NCBI GenBank assembly: GCA_046483315.1
Contig: JAWODJ010000080.1
Coordinates: 9,313 to 73,312 of the forward strand
Source: Bacteroidales bacterium
Lineage (GTDB): Bacteria; Bacteroidota; Bacteroidia; Bacteroidales; PUMT01
Direction of reading: 5' to 3'
Length of the DNA: 64,000 nucleotides
Shown here: piece by piece, positions 11,401 to 20,682 of the stretch
Position numbering within the stretch: position 1 is the stretch's first letter
How the letters are laid out: every line of letters begins with the position of its first letter
Translations under genes and position numbers: made by a program
The notes under the pieces: generated by a model
Databases searched by the model: none
What the model saw: the letters and a program-made list of their open reading frames with translations, nothing else
What the model was told of the DNA's origin: nothing

Positions 11401-11704
11401 CATATTTGATGTTGCAGTTCGTCAGGATTTTGGACTTAACCTAGGTGGTCAGAGACATAGGTTCCAGGTATCACTTGATATAGCTAACTTTGGGAATATG
11501 CTTAATAGTGAATGGGGTACTCAGTATTCTATTCCTGGTGATTACAACAATTACTATTTGTATCAGTTTGAAGGATATGCCGCTGATGGTACAACACCTC
11601 AATTTACTTTCAGGGATGACAGGGTTGGTTTGGAAAGATTCAATATACAGGGACTTTCTTCCCGCTGGACAATGCTTTTAGGAGTAAGATACATATTTAA
11701 TTAG
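8450..11704 (+). CDS. TonB-dependent receptor with an N-terminal carboxypeptidase-regulatory-like domain
   Basis: 1084 aa. It has a signal peptide, a CarboxypepD_reg-like segment (GRVTDSDGEPLPGATVIAVHTPTGS), a plug region (ISSDDIASMP) and a long barrel ending LLGVRYIFN. No SusD partner is adjacent. Confidence 0.85.
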   Translation: MKMIKKLAFILAFFGIAAASFSQGVTTGSMNGRVTDSDGEPLPGATVIAVHTPTGSSYGTAASIDGRFNIPNMRVGGPYEVTVSFVGYEAWEIDDLSINLGAASQVNAILTETGIELGEVFIVRRAGSAGQNTGSSTRISSDDIASMPTVNRSVFDFLRLTPQSGGYGGGISFAGTNNRYNAIYIDGAVNNDVFGLASSGTNGGQTGISPFSPDIIDQFQVVISPYDVTLGGFAGGGVNAVTKSGTNTLEATAYSYFRNQNFVGKTNGVLANRLNLDERERVDDFNENVYGVSFGGPIINDKMFIFSNVEIQRDETPRPFDITEYTSVDGRVSTSDLENLRNYMISNYDYDPGSFGSTAQNLDGLKIFAKIDYNITDEHRLTVRHQYTKAEQFNRFSGNRNTVSFSNTGIYFPSITNSSAVELNSRFGTDYSNNLIIGYTRVRDDRSPLGNNFPYVFIDDENSGLIRMGSEQFSTANQLDQDIFTVTNNFNIYRGDHKITIGTHNEFYSIYNLFIRQNFGVYSFNSLDAFLNNEPAYRYTRNYSLVDDITGGGSAAAADFNAMQFGVYAQDEWIISRQLTLTAGLRLDLPVIAGDPEEDSYFNQTALPQLQAAYDIAEGAQAGKSPDGQIMFSPRLGFSYDISGNSLNILRGGAGIFTSRIPFVWPGAQFNNNGLTQGQVQDRDIAGDVFFNPQWDNQPTNPNFTVPSGQMDLFVEDFKYPQVFRTNLGLDYRLPGDIDVTVEGLYTKTLNNVLYTNINSDPTLDFTWTGTPDNRKVFVNSRIDNTYSAVYLASNTSDGYTYNLSTSLAKNFGFGLRAILAYSYGDAYALSEGTSSQNSSQWRGQVNINGRNNPELGRSDFAVGHRVLSSLSYAYNWTADGNNKTTVSLFLNGQSGTPYSYIISGRDARNLNAESGSTSRNRSLAYIPASASDINLIDYAVNGNVVTAAQQWQNLNNVIEDDKYLSENRGQYAEKNGAWSPFAAIFDVAVRQDFGLNLGGQRHRFQVSLDIANFGNMLNSEWGTQYSIPGDYNNYYLYQFEGYAADGTTPQFTFRDDRVGLERFNIQGLSSRWTMLLGVRYIFN

Positions 11705-11790
11705 AAACCGTTTTTTTTATATTATCTACCCGTGGGAGGCAGGATTGGATCCGTTCCCGGGGAGATCCGGAAAATGTTTTTTAAAAGGAG

Positions 11791-11825
11791 AAGCGCCCGG
11801 TTAAAAGGCGCTTTTCCCTTTTCAG
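11791..11825 (+). terminator. Putative rho-independent terminator downstream of the TonB-dependent receptor
   Basis: 7-bp stem aagcgcc/ggcgctt with a 9-nt loop, followed by a T-rich tract ttccctttt. Confidence 0.45.
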
Positions 11826-11864
11826 GGCTTTTAACAATCTAATTGCATTTTAATACGATCTGAA

Positions 11865-12182
11865 ATGAGAATGTTTTTTCTATTTATATTTCTAAGCTAT
11901 CTTTTAATTTCATGTGAGGACCCCGCCGATAAGGAGAATTACCTGGTCATTCTTTCTATGGATGGTTTCCGGTGGGATTTTCCGGAGATGGTTGACACTC
12001 CCAATCTCGATTCAATAGCAAAAGCAGGAGTAAAAGCGGAGGCTGTCCGTTCTGCTTTTCCTTCAAAGACTTTTCCGAACCATTATACTATGGCTATGGG
12101 TCTTTATCCTGACAATCATGGGATTGTCCCTGAAAAAACAGATGGAGATATTGAAAGTATAAGGGATATGCTGGTACAATAA
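11865..12182 (+). pseudogene. N-terminal remnant of an ectonucleotide pyrophosphatase/phosphodiesterase (alkaline-phosphatase superfamily) gene
   Basis: Only 105 aa. The signal/lipobox and the NPP core start are present (LVILSMDGFRWDF, PSKTFPNHYTMAMGLYPDNHGIV). The frame then diverges and stops. Intact family members are roughly four times longer. Confidence 0.65.
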
Positions 12183-12798
12183 CTAAGGAGATCGGTTTTT
12201 TATATAAGCTATATTTGGGTCAAATTATTTGCCTTATGGCCATTTGTTGTTTAAGATGACAGGAACAAATCCGGAGGACGGATTCTCGAGGTTTGATCTG
12301 ATACTTGTACAGGATATTTTGCCATAATGTTAAAAAAGACCGCAATAGCATAACATATTCTGCAGTGAAAACCGTTGATAATTATATATCCTGTTATTGA
12401 ACGGGCCCTTTGAATATTGAGAATGATGTCTGCAGGATCTGTTTTGACATCCTATTCGTATTATTTTCGTTTTATTTTTATGTTAATTTAAACAGGTTAT
12501 TTAAAATTATTCCAGATAGTTATATGCGCTAATCATTAGCATCTATATGTTCGTCAACTGGCAATGTTTATTTGTAAAAATTATTACGGCTTGTGGGGAC
12601 TGTTTGGCATAAAATTGTTATGCCTCTGTTTATCAGTATATGTAGGTGTTTTAGTTAATAACCTGATGTTATTTGTTAATAAATACAATCCTTGTTTTAG
12701 CGTAAAAACTGTAGTCATTATTTAATTTTGATACCCCGCACCAGTCCGATCTGGTTTTTTATATAATCCATGTTATTAAATTATTAATTTTTCATTAT

Positions 12799-15387
12799 AT
12801 GCAATCAAAGGAGATTTCAGTAAAAAAGGAAGCCGGCACCGTTGCAGGGCAGCTTAAGGAAAAGGTTTTACCGGGCGGATATACATATGATGAGGCATTC
12901 AAGCATTCTCTTGAGTATTTTAAGGGGGATGAACTGGCTGCCAGGGTATGGGTAAATAAATATTCCCTTAAGGATTCGCATGGTAATCTTTTTGAACTTA
13001 CTCCCGATGATATGCACAGAAGGCTGGCGCGTGAGATTGCAAGAATAGAGAAAAAATATCCCAATCCGCTTCCGGAGGAAGATATTTACCAGTTAATGAA
13101 GGATTTTAAATACATTGTCCCCCAGGGTGGCCCCATGACCGGAATTGGCAATGATTTCCAGATAGCATCTCTTTCCAACTGCTTTGTCATTGGAAATGAT
13201 TCCGGGGCCGACTCTTACGGTGGTATTATGAAAGTTGACCAGGAGCAGGTGCAGCTGATGAAAAGAAGGGGCGGTGTGGGACACGATCTTTCGCATGTCA
13301 GGCCATCGGGCAGTCCTGTTCTGAATTCAGCCCTGACCTCAACAGGCGTTGTTCCCTTTATGGAGAGATATTCAAACTCAACCCGTGAAGTGGCCCAGGA
13401 CGGACGCAGGGGCGCCCTGATGCTCACCATATCCATTAAACATCCCGATGCTGAGAAGTTCATTGATGCCAAGTTGCAGCCGGGGAAAGTAACCGGTGCA
13501 AATGTTTCTGTCAAAATAGATGATGAGTTTATGCGTGCTGTTATTGAAAAAAAGCCGTATGTACAGCAATTCCCCGTCAACTCCGATAATCCTGTCATAA
13601 GAAAAGAGATAGATCCGGGTAAGATATGGAAAAAAATTGTTCATAATGCATGGAAATCGGCTGAACCCGGAATACTGTTCTGGGATACAGTAACACGCGA
13701 ATCCGTTCCTGATTCTTATTCGGATATGGGTTATAAAACAGTTTCCACAAATCCCTGTGGCGAGATTCCCCTCTGTCCGTATGACAGCTGCAGGCTACTG
13801 GCTGTGAATCTTTACAGCTATGTAAATGAGCCTTTTACTAAAAAGGCAAAATTTGATTTTGATAAGTTCAGGGAACATGTTGGCTTTGCCCAGCGTATCA
13901 TGGATGATATAATTGACCTGGAGCTTGAAAAGATTGACAGGATTCTTGATAAGATAGTAAATGATCCTGAGGATGATGAGATCAAGAGGGTTGAACGTAA
14001 ACTATGGGAAAATATCCGTGTTAAGGCAGAAGAGGGCAGACGAACGGGTGTTGGTATAACGGCAGAAGGAGACATGCTTGCTGGTCTCGGACTGACTTAC
14101 GGTACTGACAATGCCACAGATTTTTCAACCGAGATACATAAGACGGTGGCCCTGGAAGCATACCGTTCATCGGTAAATATGGCAAGGGAGCGGGGCCCGT
14201 TTGCAATTTATGATTCCCAGCGCGAGAAGAACAATCCGTTTATAAATCGTCTCAAAGATGAAGATGAGCAGCTCTACCGTGATATGGTGCGTTATGGCCG
14301 CCGCAATATTGCCCTGCTTACAATAGCTCCCACCGGCACCACAAGCCTGATGACACAGACCACTTCAGGAATAGAGCCCGTGTTCATGCCGGTTTACAAA
14401 CGCAGGAGGAAAGTCAATCCCAACGATAAGAACGTCACGGTATCTTTTGTTGATGAAGTAGGTGATTCATGGGAAGAGTTCAATGTTTTTCACCATAAGT
14501 TCGTTACCTGGCTTGAGGTTAACGGCTATGATCCCGATGAGGTAAAAAAATACGAGGATGATGCTGTGAATGAACTGGTTGCAAAATCACCTTATTACAA
14601 GGCAACATCCAGTGACGTGGACTGGATTAGTAAGGTGAATATGCAGGGTTCTATTCAGAAATGGGTGGACCATTCAATAAGTGTTACCATTAATCTGCCT
14701 GCAGATGTAAAAGAGGACCTTGTTGGCAAACTTTACATTTCTGCCTGGGAGAGCGGATGTAAGGGAGCAACCGTTTACAGGGACGGATCACGTTCCGGAG
14801 TGCTGATCTCAAACAAGAAAGAGGAGGATGCCTTCCAGGCGCCCAAGAAGCGGCCTGAGGTACTTGAGGCTGACGTTGTGAGGTTCATGAACAATGATGA
14901 AAAATGGATAGCCTTTGTCGGCAAGATTGATGGAAGGCCCTATGAGATATTTACAGGAAAGGAAGATGATGATGTGCTGCCTGTTCCAAAAACCATAGAA
15001 AAGGGATACATTATAAAAAGCCGGTGTGAAGACGGGACTAAACGCTATGATTTCAGATATATTGACAAGTATGGATACGGGAACACTTTCGAAGGGTTGT
15101 CCCGTACTTTTGACACCGAATTCTGGAACTACGCCAAGCTTATATCGGGTGTATTAAGGCACGGTATGCCTATTCCTGATGTTGTAAACCTGGTTTCTTC
15201 GCTGAGACTGGATTCTGAAACTATCAATACATGGAAAAATGGTGTGGAACGAACACTGAGAAAATATATTCCCGATGGGACTAAGCCGAAAAAAGGAACG
15301 GCATGCCCGAACTGTGATTCGTTAAATCTTATGTTCCAGGAGGGATGTCTTACATGCAAGGATTGCGGCAATTCAAAATGCGGGTAG
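12799..15387 (+). CDS. nrdJ: Class II adenosylcobalamin-dependent ribonucleotide reductase
   Basis: 862 aa with active-site STNPCGEIPL, a TIAPTGTTS motif and a C-terminal Cys4 tail (CPNCDS...CLTCKDCG). Confidence 0.9.
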   Translation: MQSKEISVKKEAGTVAGQLKEKVLPGGYTYDEAFKHSLEYFKGDELAARVWVNKYSLKDSHGNLFELTPDDMHRRLAREIARIEKKYPNPLPEEDIYQLMKDFKYIVPQGGPMTGIGNDFQIASLSNCFVIGNDSGADSYGGIMKVDQEQVQLMKRRGGVGHDLSHVRPSGSPVLNSALTSTGVVPFMERYSNSTREVAQDGRRGALMLTISIKHPDAEKFIDAKLQPGKVTGANVSVKIDDEFMRAVIEKKPYVQQFPVNSDNPVIRKEIDPGKIWKKIVHNAWKSAEPGILFWDTVTRESVPDSYSDMGYKTVSTNPCGEIPLCPYDSCRLLAVNLYSYVNEPFTKKAKFDFDKFREHVGFAQRIMDDIIDLELEKIDRILDKIVNDPEDDEIKRVERKLWENIRVKAEEGRRTGVGITAEGDMLAGLGLTYGTDNATDFSTEIHKTVALEAYRSSVNMARERGPFAIYDSQREKNNPFINRLKDEDEQLYRDMVRYGRRNIALLTIAPTGTTSLMTQTTSGIEPVFMPVYKRRRKVNPNDKNVTVSFVDEVGDSWEEFNVFHHKFVTWLEVNGYDPDEVKKYEDDAVNELVAKSPYYKATSSDVDWISKVNMQGSIQKWVDHSISVTINLPADVKEDLVGKLYISAWESGCKGATVYRDGSRSGVLISNKKEEDAFQAPKKRPEVLEADVVRFMNNDEKWIAFVGKIDGRPYEIFTGKEDDDVLPVPKTIEKGYIIKSRCEDGTKRYDFRYIDKYGYGNTFEGLSRTFDTEFWNYAKLISGVLRHGMPIPDVVNLVSSLRLDSETINTWKNGVERTLRKYIPDGTKPKKGTACPNCDSLNLMFQEGCLTCKDCGNSKCG

Positions 15388-15401
15388 GCGCTATTTTTTG
15401 A

Positions 15402-15436
15402 AATAAGACCCGGACCTTGACGATCCGGGTCTTATT
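15402..15436. terminator. Bidirectional rho-independent terminator between convergent nrdJ and kbl
   Basis: Perfect 13-bp stem aataagacccgga / tccgggtcttatt with a 9-nt loop. It is flanked by tattttttg upstream and gagctttt downstream. Confidence 0.75.
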
Positions 15437-15500
15437 GAGCTTTTGAGGTTTCGGGTATGGCCAGTAACCTGCCGGTATAAGGCCCGGGGGCAAAGATTTG

Positions 15501-16688
15501 TTATATCACACCAAGTTCCTTGCCTGTCTTTGTAAATGCAGCAACACATTTGTCAAGATGTTCTGTCTCATGTGCGGCAGATACCTGTACACGGATTCTG
15601 GCCTGGCCTTTCGGCACAACGGGATAATAGAAGCCAATGACATATATACCTTCATCCAGGAGTTTTGCCGCAAAATCCTGCGAAAGTCTGGCATCATACA
15701 GCATTATCGCTATAATAGCCGACCGGGTAGGTTTGATATCAAATCCGGCAGCTTTCATTCTCTCCATAAAGTAGCTGGTGTTTTTGTGCAGCTTATCCTG
15801 CAGCTCATGAGTTTCGTCCATCATATCAAACATTCTGATGCCGGCATTTACTACTGAAGGTGGCAGGGAGTTGCTGAAAAGGTATGGCCTGGACCTTTGT
15901 CTCAGAATCTCTATGATCTCCTTTCTGCCGGTGGTAAAGCCTCCTATGGCACCTCCAAAAGCTTTACCCAGGGTTCCTGTAATAATATCAACCTCCCCCC
16001 GGATGTTGAAAAGTTCGGTTACTCCTCTTCCCGTTTCTCCCACCACTCCGGCAGAGTGACATTCATCTACCATGACCAGTGCATCATATCTCTCAGCAAG
16101 TTCATTAATCTTGTCCATAGGAGCAACATTTCCGTCCATTGAGAACACCCCGTCGGTCACAATTATTCGGAAACGTTGTGCCTGTGCCTCCTTCAGTTTT
16201 TCTTCCAGGTCGGCCATATCAGCATTTTTGTACCGGTAACGCTGTGCTTTGCAAAGCCTGACACCATCAATGATGGAGGCGTGATTGAGTGAGTCGGAGA
16301 TAATTGCATCTTCCTGTGTAAGCAGGGGTTCAAAGACACCACCGTTGGCATCGAAGCAGGCAGCATACAATATGGTATCTTCGGTTCCGAAAAACTTAGC
16401 GATCTTTTTCTCCAGTTTTTTATGGATATCCTGCGTGCCGCAGATAAACCTTACCGACGACATGCCAAATCCGTGTGAATCAAGGCCCTCTTTTGCTGCC
16501 TGTATTAGTGAGGGATGGTTTGACAGGCCCAGATAGTTGTTGGCACAGAAATTCAGAACCTTTTTGCCACTGTCAACCGTTATCTCTGCATCCTGGGGCG
16601 CTACAATAATGCGCTCTTTTTTAAAAAGTCCGGCCGACTCAATGTTCTTAAGCTCTTTCTCAAGATGTTCCTTTATTTTTCCGTACAT
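15501..16688 (-). CDS. kbl: Glycine C-acetyltransferase (2-amino-3-ketobutyrate CoA ligase)
   Basis: Alpha-oxoamine synthase fold with a PLP-lysine region (GTLGKAFGG). The likely start is MYGKIKEHLE at 16688, not the longer 414-aa ORF. Confidence 0.9.
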   Translation of the reverse strand: MYGKIKEHLEKELKNIESAGLFKKERIIVAPQDAEITVDSGKKVLNFCANNYLGLSNHPSLIQAAKEGLDSHGFGMSSVRFICGTQDIHKKLEKKIAKFFGTEDTILYAACFDANGGVFEPLLTQEDAIISDSLNHASIIDGVRLCKAQRYRYKNADMADLEEKLKEAQAQRFRIIVTDGVFSMDGNVAPMDKINELAERYDALVMVDECHSAGVVGETGRGVTELFNIRGEVDIITGTLGKAFGGAIGGFTTGRKEIIEILRQRSRPYLFSNSLPPSVVNAGIRMFDMMDETHELQDKLHKNTSYFMERMKAAGFDIKPTRSAIIAIMLYDARLSQDFAAKLLDEGIYVIGFYYPVVPKGQARIRVQVSAAHETEHLDKCVAAFTKTGKELGVI

Positions 16689-16966
16689 AATATTATGTTT
16701 ATTGAGTTTATAATGATTGTTTTTATTACGATCAGTCGAGGGCAAAGATAGGTTTTTTAGATTTTACATAATGTCAGGGACATATATGTTGAACAACACC
16801 TTTTCCGGCAATTGACTGCCCTGGTAGAGGGATAGTATCCTGTACAAAAAAAATAAAACTTTCAAAGAATAAACAAGACATTTTTCATATTTCCTCCATC
16901 AGGAATTATTTAGTTTTGTGAACAATAACGGATAACGGAAAAAACTTTTAATTAAACAACATTGAT

Positions 16967-17929
16967 ATGAGGAAAATTCTTGTAATTGGTTCGACCGGAC
17001 AGATAGGCTCTGAGCTTACCCTTCTTCTGCGGGAAATATACGGGGGGGATAGTGTTATTGCCGGCATACGAAAGACGAAACCATCTGAAAAACTCTCTGA
17101 AACCGGTCCGTGCGAAGTGGTTGATGCACTGGACAGGGAAGGCTTTGTATCGGTGGTTAAAAAATATAAGATTGACACGGTTATCAATATGGCTGCCATT
17201 CTCTCGGCCACCGGCGAAAACAATCCCATGCTGGCATGGGATGTTAATATGAACGGACTTATCAATGTTCTTGAGGTTGCCCGTGAGTTTAATATGAAGC
17301 AGGTTCTTGTGCCGAGTTCGATTGCAGTTTTTGGTCCCTCAACCCCGGCTGACAACACACCGCAGGAAACGGTTCTGAAGCCAACCACTATTTATGGAGT
17401 AACAAAGGTTGCAGGTGAATTGCTGGGAGATTACTATGTGAAGAGGTACGGCCTTGATGTAAGGGGATTGCGTTATCCCGGAATTGTCAGCCATGAAACC
17501 CTCCCGGGCGGAGGGACCACGGACTATGCTGTGGCTATCTATTATGAAGCTGTAAAGAATAAAAGATATACCTGCTTTGTAAAGGAGGATACCCGTCTGC
17601 CTATGATGTATATGCCCGATTGTCTGAAATCTACCATTGACCTCCTGCAGGCAGATTTCAGCAAGCTCAGGCATCATTGCGACTTCAACGTGGGTGCCAT
17701 GAGTTTCACTGCCGGCGAACTCGCTGCTTCGGTAAAAAAATATATTCCTGATTTTGAGATAAGCTATCAGCCCGACAACCGTCAGGCTATTGCCGATTCA
17801 TGGCCGAACTCGGTTGATGATTCTGCCGCTCGTGAGGAGTGGGGGTGGAAACCTGATTATGACCTTGATGCCATGACAAGGGATATGCTTAAGGCAATAA
17901 GAGAAAAACATGAAAAAGGGTTGATTTGA
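16967..17929 (+). CDS. tdh: L-threonine 3-dehydrogenase, short-chain/epimerase-like type
   Basis: 320 aa of the extended SDR type (VIGSTGQIGSEL; YGVTK catalytic region). It is divergently paired with kbl, the classical two-step threonine-to-glycine route. Confidence 0.8.
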   Translation: MRKILVIGSTGQIGSELTLLLREIYGGDSVIAGIRKTKPSEKLSETGPCEVVDALDREGFVSVVKKYKIDTVINMAAILSATGENNPMLAWDVNMNGLINVLEVAREFNMKQVLVPSSIAVFGPSTPADNTPQETVLKPTTIYGVTKVAGELLGDYYVKRYGLDVRGLRYPGIVSHETLPGGGTTDYAVAIYYEAVKNKRYTCFVKEDTRLPMMYMPDCLKSTIDLLQADFSKLRHHCDFNVGAMSFTAGELAASVKKYIPDFEISYQPDNRQAIADSWPNSVDDSAAREEWGWKPDYDLDAMTRDMLKAIREKHEKGLI

Positions 17930-18042
17930 AAGCCTGCCGGAAATGCTGCCGCAGGATTATCTTATGGCAAATTCTTAAAATGCAGCATAGGTATACTGCT
18001 GTATTTTATTTATTTTTGCTTTAGACCGATAAACTCTCCCTT

Positions 18043-19572
18043 ATGGCCAAACAAAATGTCAGGGTAAGATTTGCTCCCAGCCCCACCGGTCCCCTCCACA
18101 TAGGAGGAGTAAGGACTGCCCTTTTTAACTGCCTTTTTGCAAAAAAGCATAACGGTACCTTTATTCTCAGAATTGAAGACACCGACCGGCAGAGGTACGT
18201 AAACGGTACAGAGGAGTATTTTATTGAGGCGCTTAAATGGTGCGGGATAGAAATTGATGAGGGGGTCTCGGCTGGCGGGCCTCATGTACCCTACCGGCAG
18301 TCCGAGCGAAAAGATCTTTACCGCCGTTTCGCCACGGAGCTTGTTAAAAGCGGTCATGCATACATTGCCTTTGACACTCCCGAAGAGCTGGAGGAGTTGC
18401 GGAATGAGAAAGAAAAGGAGGGCGGGGTTTTTCAGTATGACCATACCATACGTACATCGCTGCAAAACTCTCTTGCACTTCCCGCCGAAGAGGTTGAAAA
18501 ACTTACGGGAGCAGGAGTTCCCCATGTTATAAGGTTCTGCATGCCTGAAGACAGGGAAGTTACAATGAATGACATAATCAGGGGAGAAATACGTGTCAAT
18601 ACCTCCACCCTTGACGATAAGGTGCTTTTTAAAGCCGACGGGATGCCTACCTATCATCTTGCCAATGTTGCAGATGATCATCTTATGCAGATCTCTCATG
18701 TTATAAGGGGAGAGGAATGGTTGCCATCCCTGCCGCTGCATGTATTGCTTTATGAGGCACTGGGATGGGAGGACAGCATGCCGGAGTTTGCTCATCTGCC
18801 CCTGTTGCTGAAACCTGGTGGACAGGGTAAACTAAGCAAGAGGGACGGCGAAAGGCTTGGCTTTCCGGTGTTTCCCCTGCGCTGGAAAGATCCTGTAACA
18901 GGCGAGGTCTCTGCAGGGTACCGGGAGTCAGGGTATTTTCCTGAAGCTTTTGTAAACCTGCTTGCCTTACTTGGCTGGAACCCGGGGACTGACCAGGAGA
19001 TATTTTCCCTTGAGGAGCTTGCAGAAGATTTTTCTCTTGACAGGGTACATCATGCCGGGGCAAGGTTTGATCCCGATAAGGCCAGATGGTTTAATCATCA
19101 GTATCTTATGAAGATGGATAACCGGGAGCTGGCGGCTGAATTTTTAAAGGTGGTCAAAAAGAAGGGATATGATGCAGACAAGGCCAAAATTGAAGCTGTC
19201 GCGGAACTTGTTAAGGAACGGGCGGACTTTGTTAATGAAATGTGGGAGCAGTCATCATTTTTCTTTGAAAGGCCTGGTTCGTACGATGAGAAGTTGGTAA
19301 AAAAACGATGGAAGGAAGATACGCCCGGGCTGCTTGGGGAAATTATCTCCATTCTCGCGCAAACAAAGCCTTTTGATGCAGGGAGTATTTCCGCCTCAGT
19401 AAAGGAATACCTTGAGAAGGAGGGGATTGGTCTGGGAAATGTTATGATCCCCCTGAGGCTTGCCCTTGTTGGGGAAGGAAAGGGCCCCGACCTGTTCAGG
19501 ATTATTGAACTGCTGGGCAGGGAGGAGAGCATCGACAGGATCAGGCTGGCAATAGAGAAATTACAGGATTAA
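18043..19572 (+). CDS. gltX: Glutamate--tRNA ligase
   Basis: Class I aaRS signatures PTGPLHIGGVRTALFN (HIGH) and KLSKRDG (KMSKS); 509 aa. Confidence 0.92.
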   Translation: MAKQNVRVRFAPSPTGPLHIGGVRTALFNCLFAKKHNGTFILRIEDTDRQRYVNGTEEYFIEALKWCGIEIDEGVSAGGPHVPYRQSERKDLYRRFATELVKSGHAYIAFDTPEELEELRNEKEKEGGVFQYDHTIRTSLQNSLALPAEEVEKLTGAGVPHVIRFCMPEDREVTMNDIIRGEIRVNTSTLDDKVLFKADGMPTYHLANVADDHLMQISHVIRGEEWLPSLPLHVLLYEALGWEDSMPEFAHLPLLLKPGGQGKLSKRDGERLGFPVFPLRWKDPVTGEVSAGYRESGYFPEAFVNLLALLGWNPGTDQEIFSLEELAEDFSLDRVHHAGARFDPDKARWFNHQYLMKMDNRELAAEFLKVVKKKGYDADKAKIEAVAELVKERADFVNEMWEQSSFFFERPGSYDEKLVKKRWKEDTPGLLGEIISILAQTKPFDAGSISASVKEYLEKEGIGLGNVMIPLRLALVGEGKGPDLFRIIELLGREESIDRIRLAIEKLQD

Positions 19573-19594
19573 TTTTGTATTGACAACAGGTATC

Positions 19595-20605
19595 ATGCAT
19601 GAAGCAGATTTTTATGAACGAAGGAGTCTGCAATCAGTACAATGCCATCTGTGCCCTCATTACTGCCTTATAGAGGAGGGAGACACGGGGAAATGCAAAG
19701 TCCGGACTAATAAGAAAGGCAGACTCTGTTCCGGGAGTTACGGATTTCCGGTTTCCATAAGCGTCGATCCTATAGAAAAAAAGCCACTTTACCATTTTTT
19801 CCCCGGAAGGGATATTTTGTCAGTCGGCACGCCGGGTTGTAATTTCAGGTGCAGTTTTTGCCAGAATTACACCATCTCACAATCTGCCGTTACCGATATA
19901 CCCGGCCTGCAATATACCCCGCCTGGTGTGATCGTTGAGCAGGCACAGCGTTATGGTGATAACGCAGGGATTGCCTACACATACAATGAGCCAACGGTAT
20001 GGTACGAGTATATGTATGACATTGCCGTACCGGCCGGGCAAATCGGGTTGAAAAATGTTGTCGTAAGCAACGGGTACATTAATCCACGGCCTCTTGAAAA
20101 ATTGCTGGAAGTGGTGCATGCCTTTAACATTGACTTTAAATCGTTCAGCGATAAATTTTACAGGGAAGCAGCAGGAGGGTCCCTTGCTCCTGTTAAACGA
20201 ACCCTTAAAGCTATCAGGAAAAAGGGGCTGCATCTTGAGATTACCCACCTGGTGGTTCCCGGACTCAATGATCGTGTGGAGGAGTTCACGGAGATGACGG
20301 ACTGGGTTGCAGGGGAGCTGGGCAGGGATACGGTATTGCACCTGTCACGCTATTTTCCGGCGTGGAAATATGATCAATCTCCAACACCCGTAACCCTGCT
20401 GGAAAGATTTTATCAGATTGCCGCGGAGAAGCTGGATTATGTTTACATGGGTAACATTTCGGCAGGATCTCCGGGCAGTGATACCAAATGTGGCCGTTGC
20501 GGAACACTTGTTATAAAGAGAAGGGGATATAAAACAGATCTGACCGGTCTGGATAATGATGGTAATTGCCGGAATTGCGGTAATAACATGGTTGCCCTTT
20601 CTTAA
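19595..20605 (+). CDS. amrS: AmmeMemoRadiSam system radical SAM enzyme
   Basis: Radical-SAM cluster motif GCNFRCSFCQN, an N-terminal Cys-rich segment (CHLCPHYC...GKCKVR) and a C-terminal zinc-ribbon-like segment (CGRCG...CRNCG). The ATG at 19595 is preferred over the TTG at 19580. Confidence 0.8.
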   Translation: MHEADFYERRSLQSVQCHLCPHYCLIEEGDTGKCKVRTNKKGRLCSGSYGFPVSISVDPIEKKPLYHFFPGRDILSVGTPGCNFRCSFCQNYTISQSAVTDIPGLQYTPPGVIVEQAQRYGDNAGIAYTYNEPTVWYEYMYDIAVPAGQIGLKNVVVSNGYINPRPLEKLLEVVHAFNIDFKSFSDKFYREAAGGSLAPVKRTLKAIRKKGLHLEITHLVVPGLNDRVEEFTEMTDWVAGELGRDTVLHLSRYFPAWKYDQSPTPVTLLERFYQIAAEKLDYVYMGNISAGSPGSDTKCGRCGTLVIKRRGYKTDLTGLDNDGNCRNCGNNMVALS

Positions 20606-20682
20606 TATGACCCATGGTGGTTAACCCGGTTTTTAACTTGCATTAATGTAATTTATTCTGTTATGGATTAATATTATATACT

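Noticed and set aside
18010-18795. 261-aa antisense ORF in gltX. Similar cases occur at 22724-23425 in glnS, and at 37961-38551 and 38957-39460 in the SLC13 gene.
   Set aside because: All lie opposite genes with strong signature motifs. Their translations lack motifs and show the biased composition typical of shadow frames.
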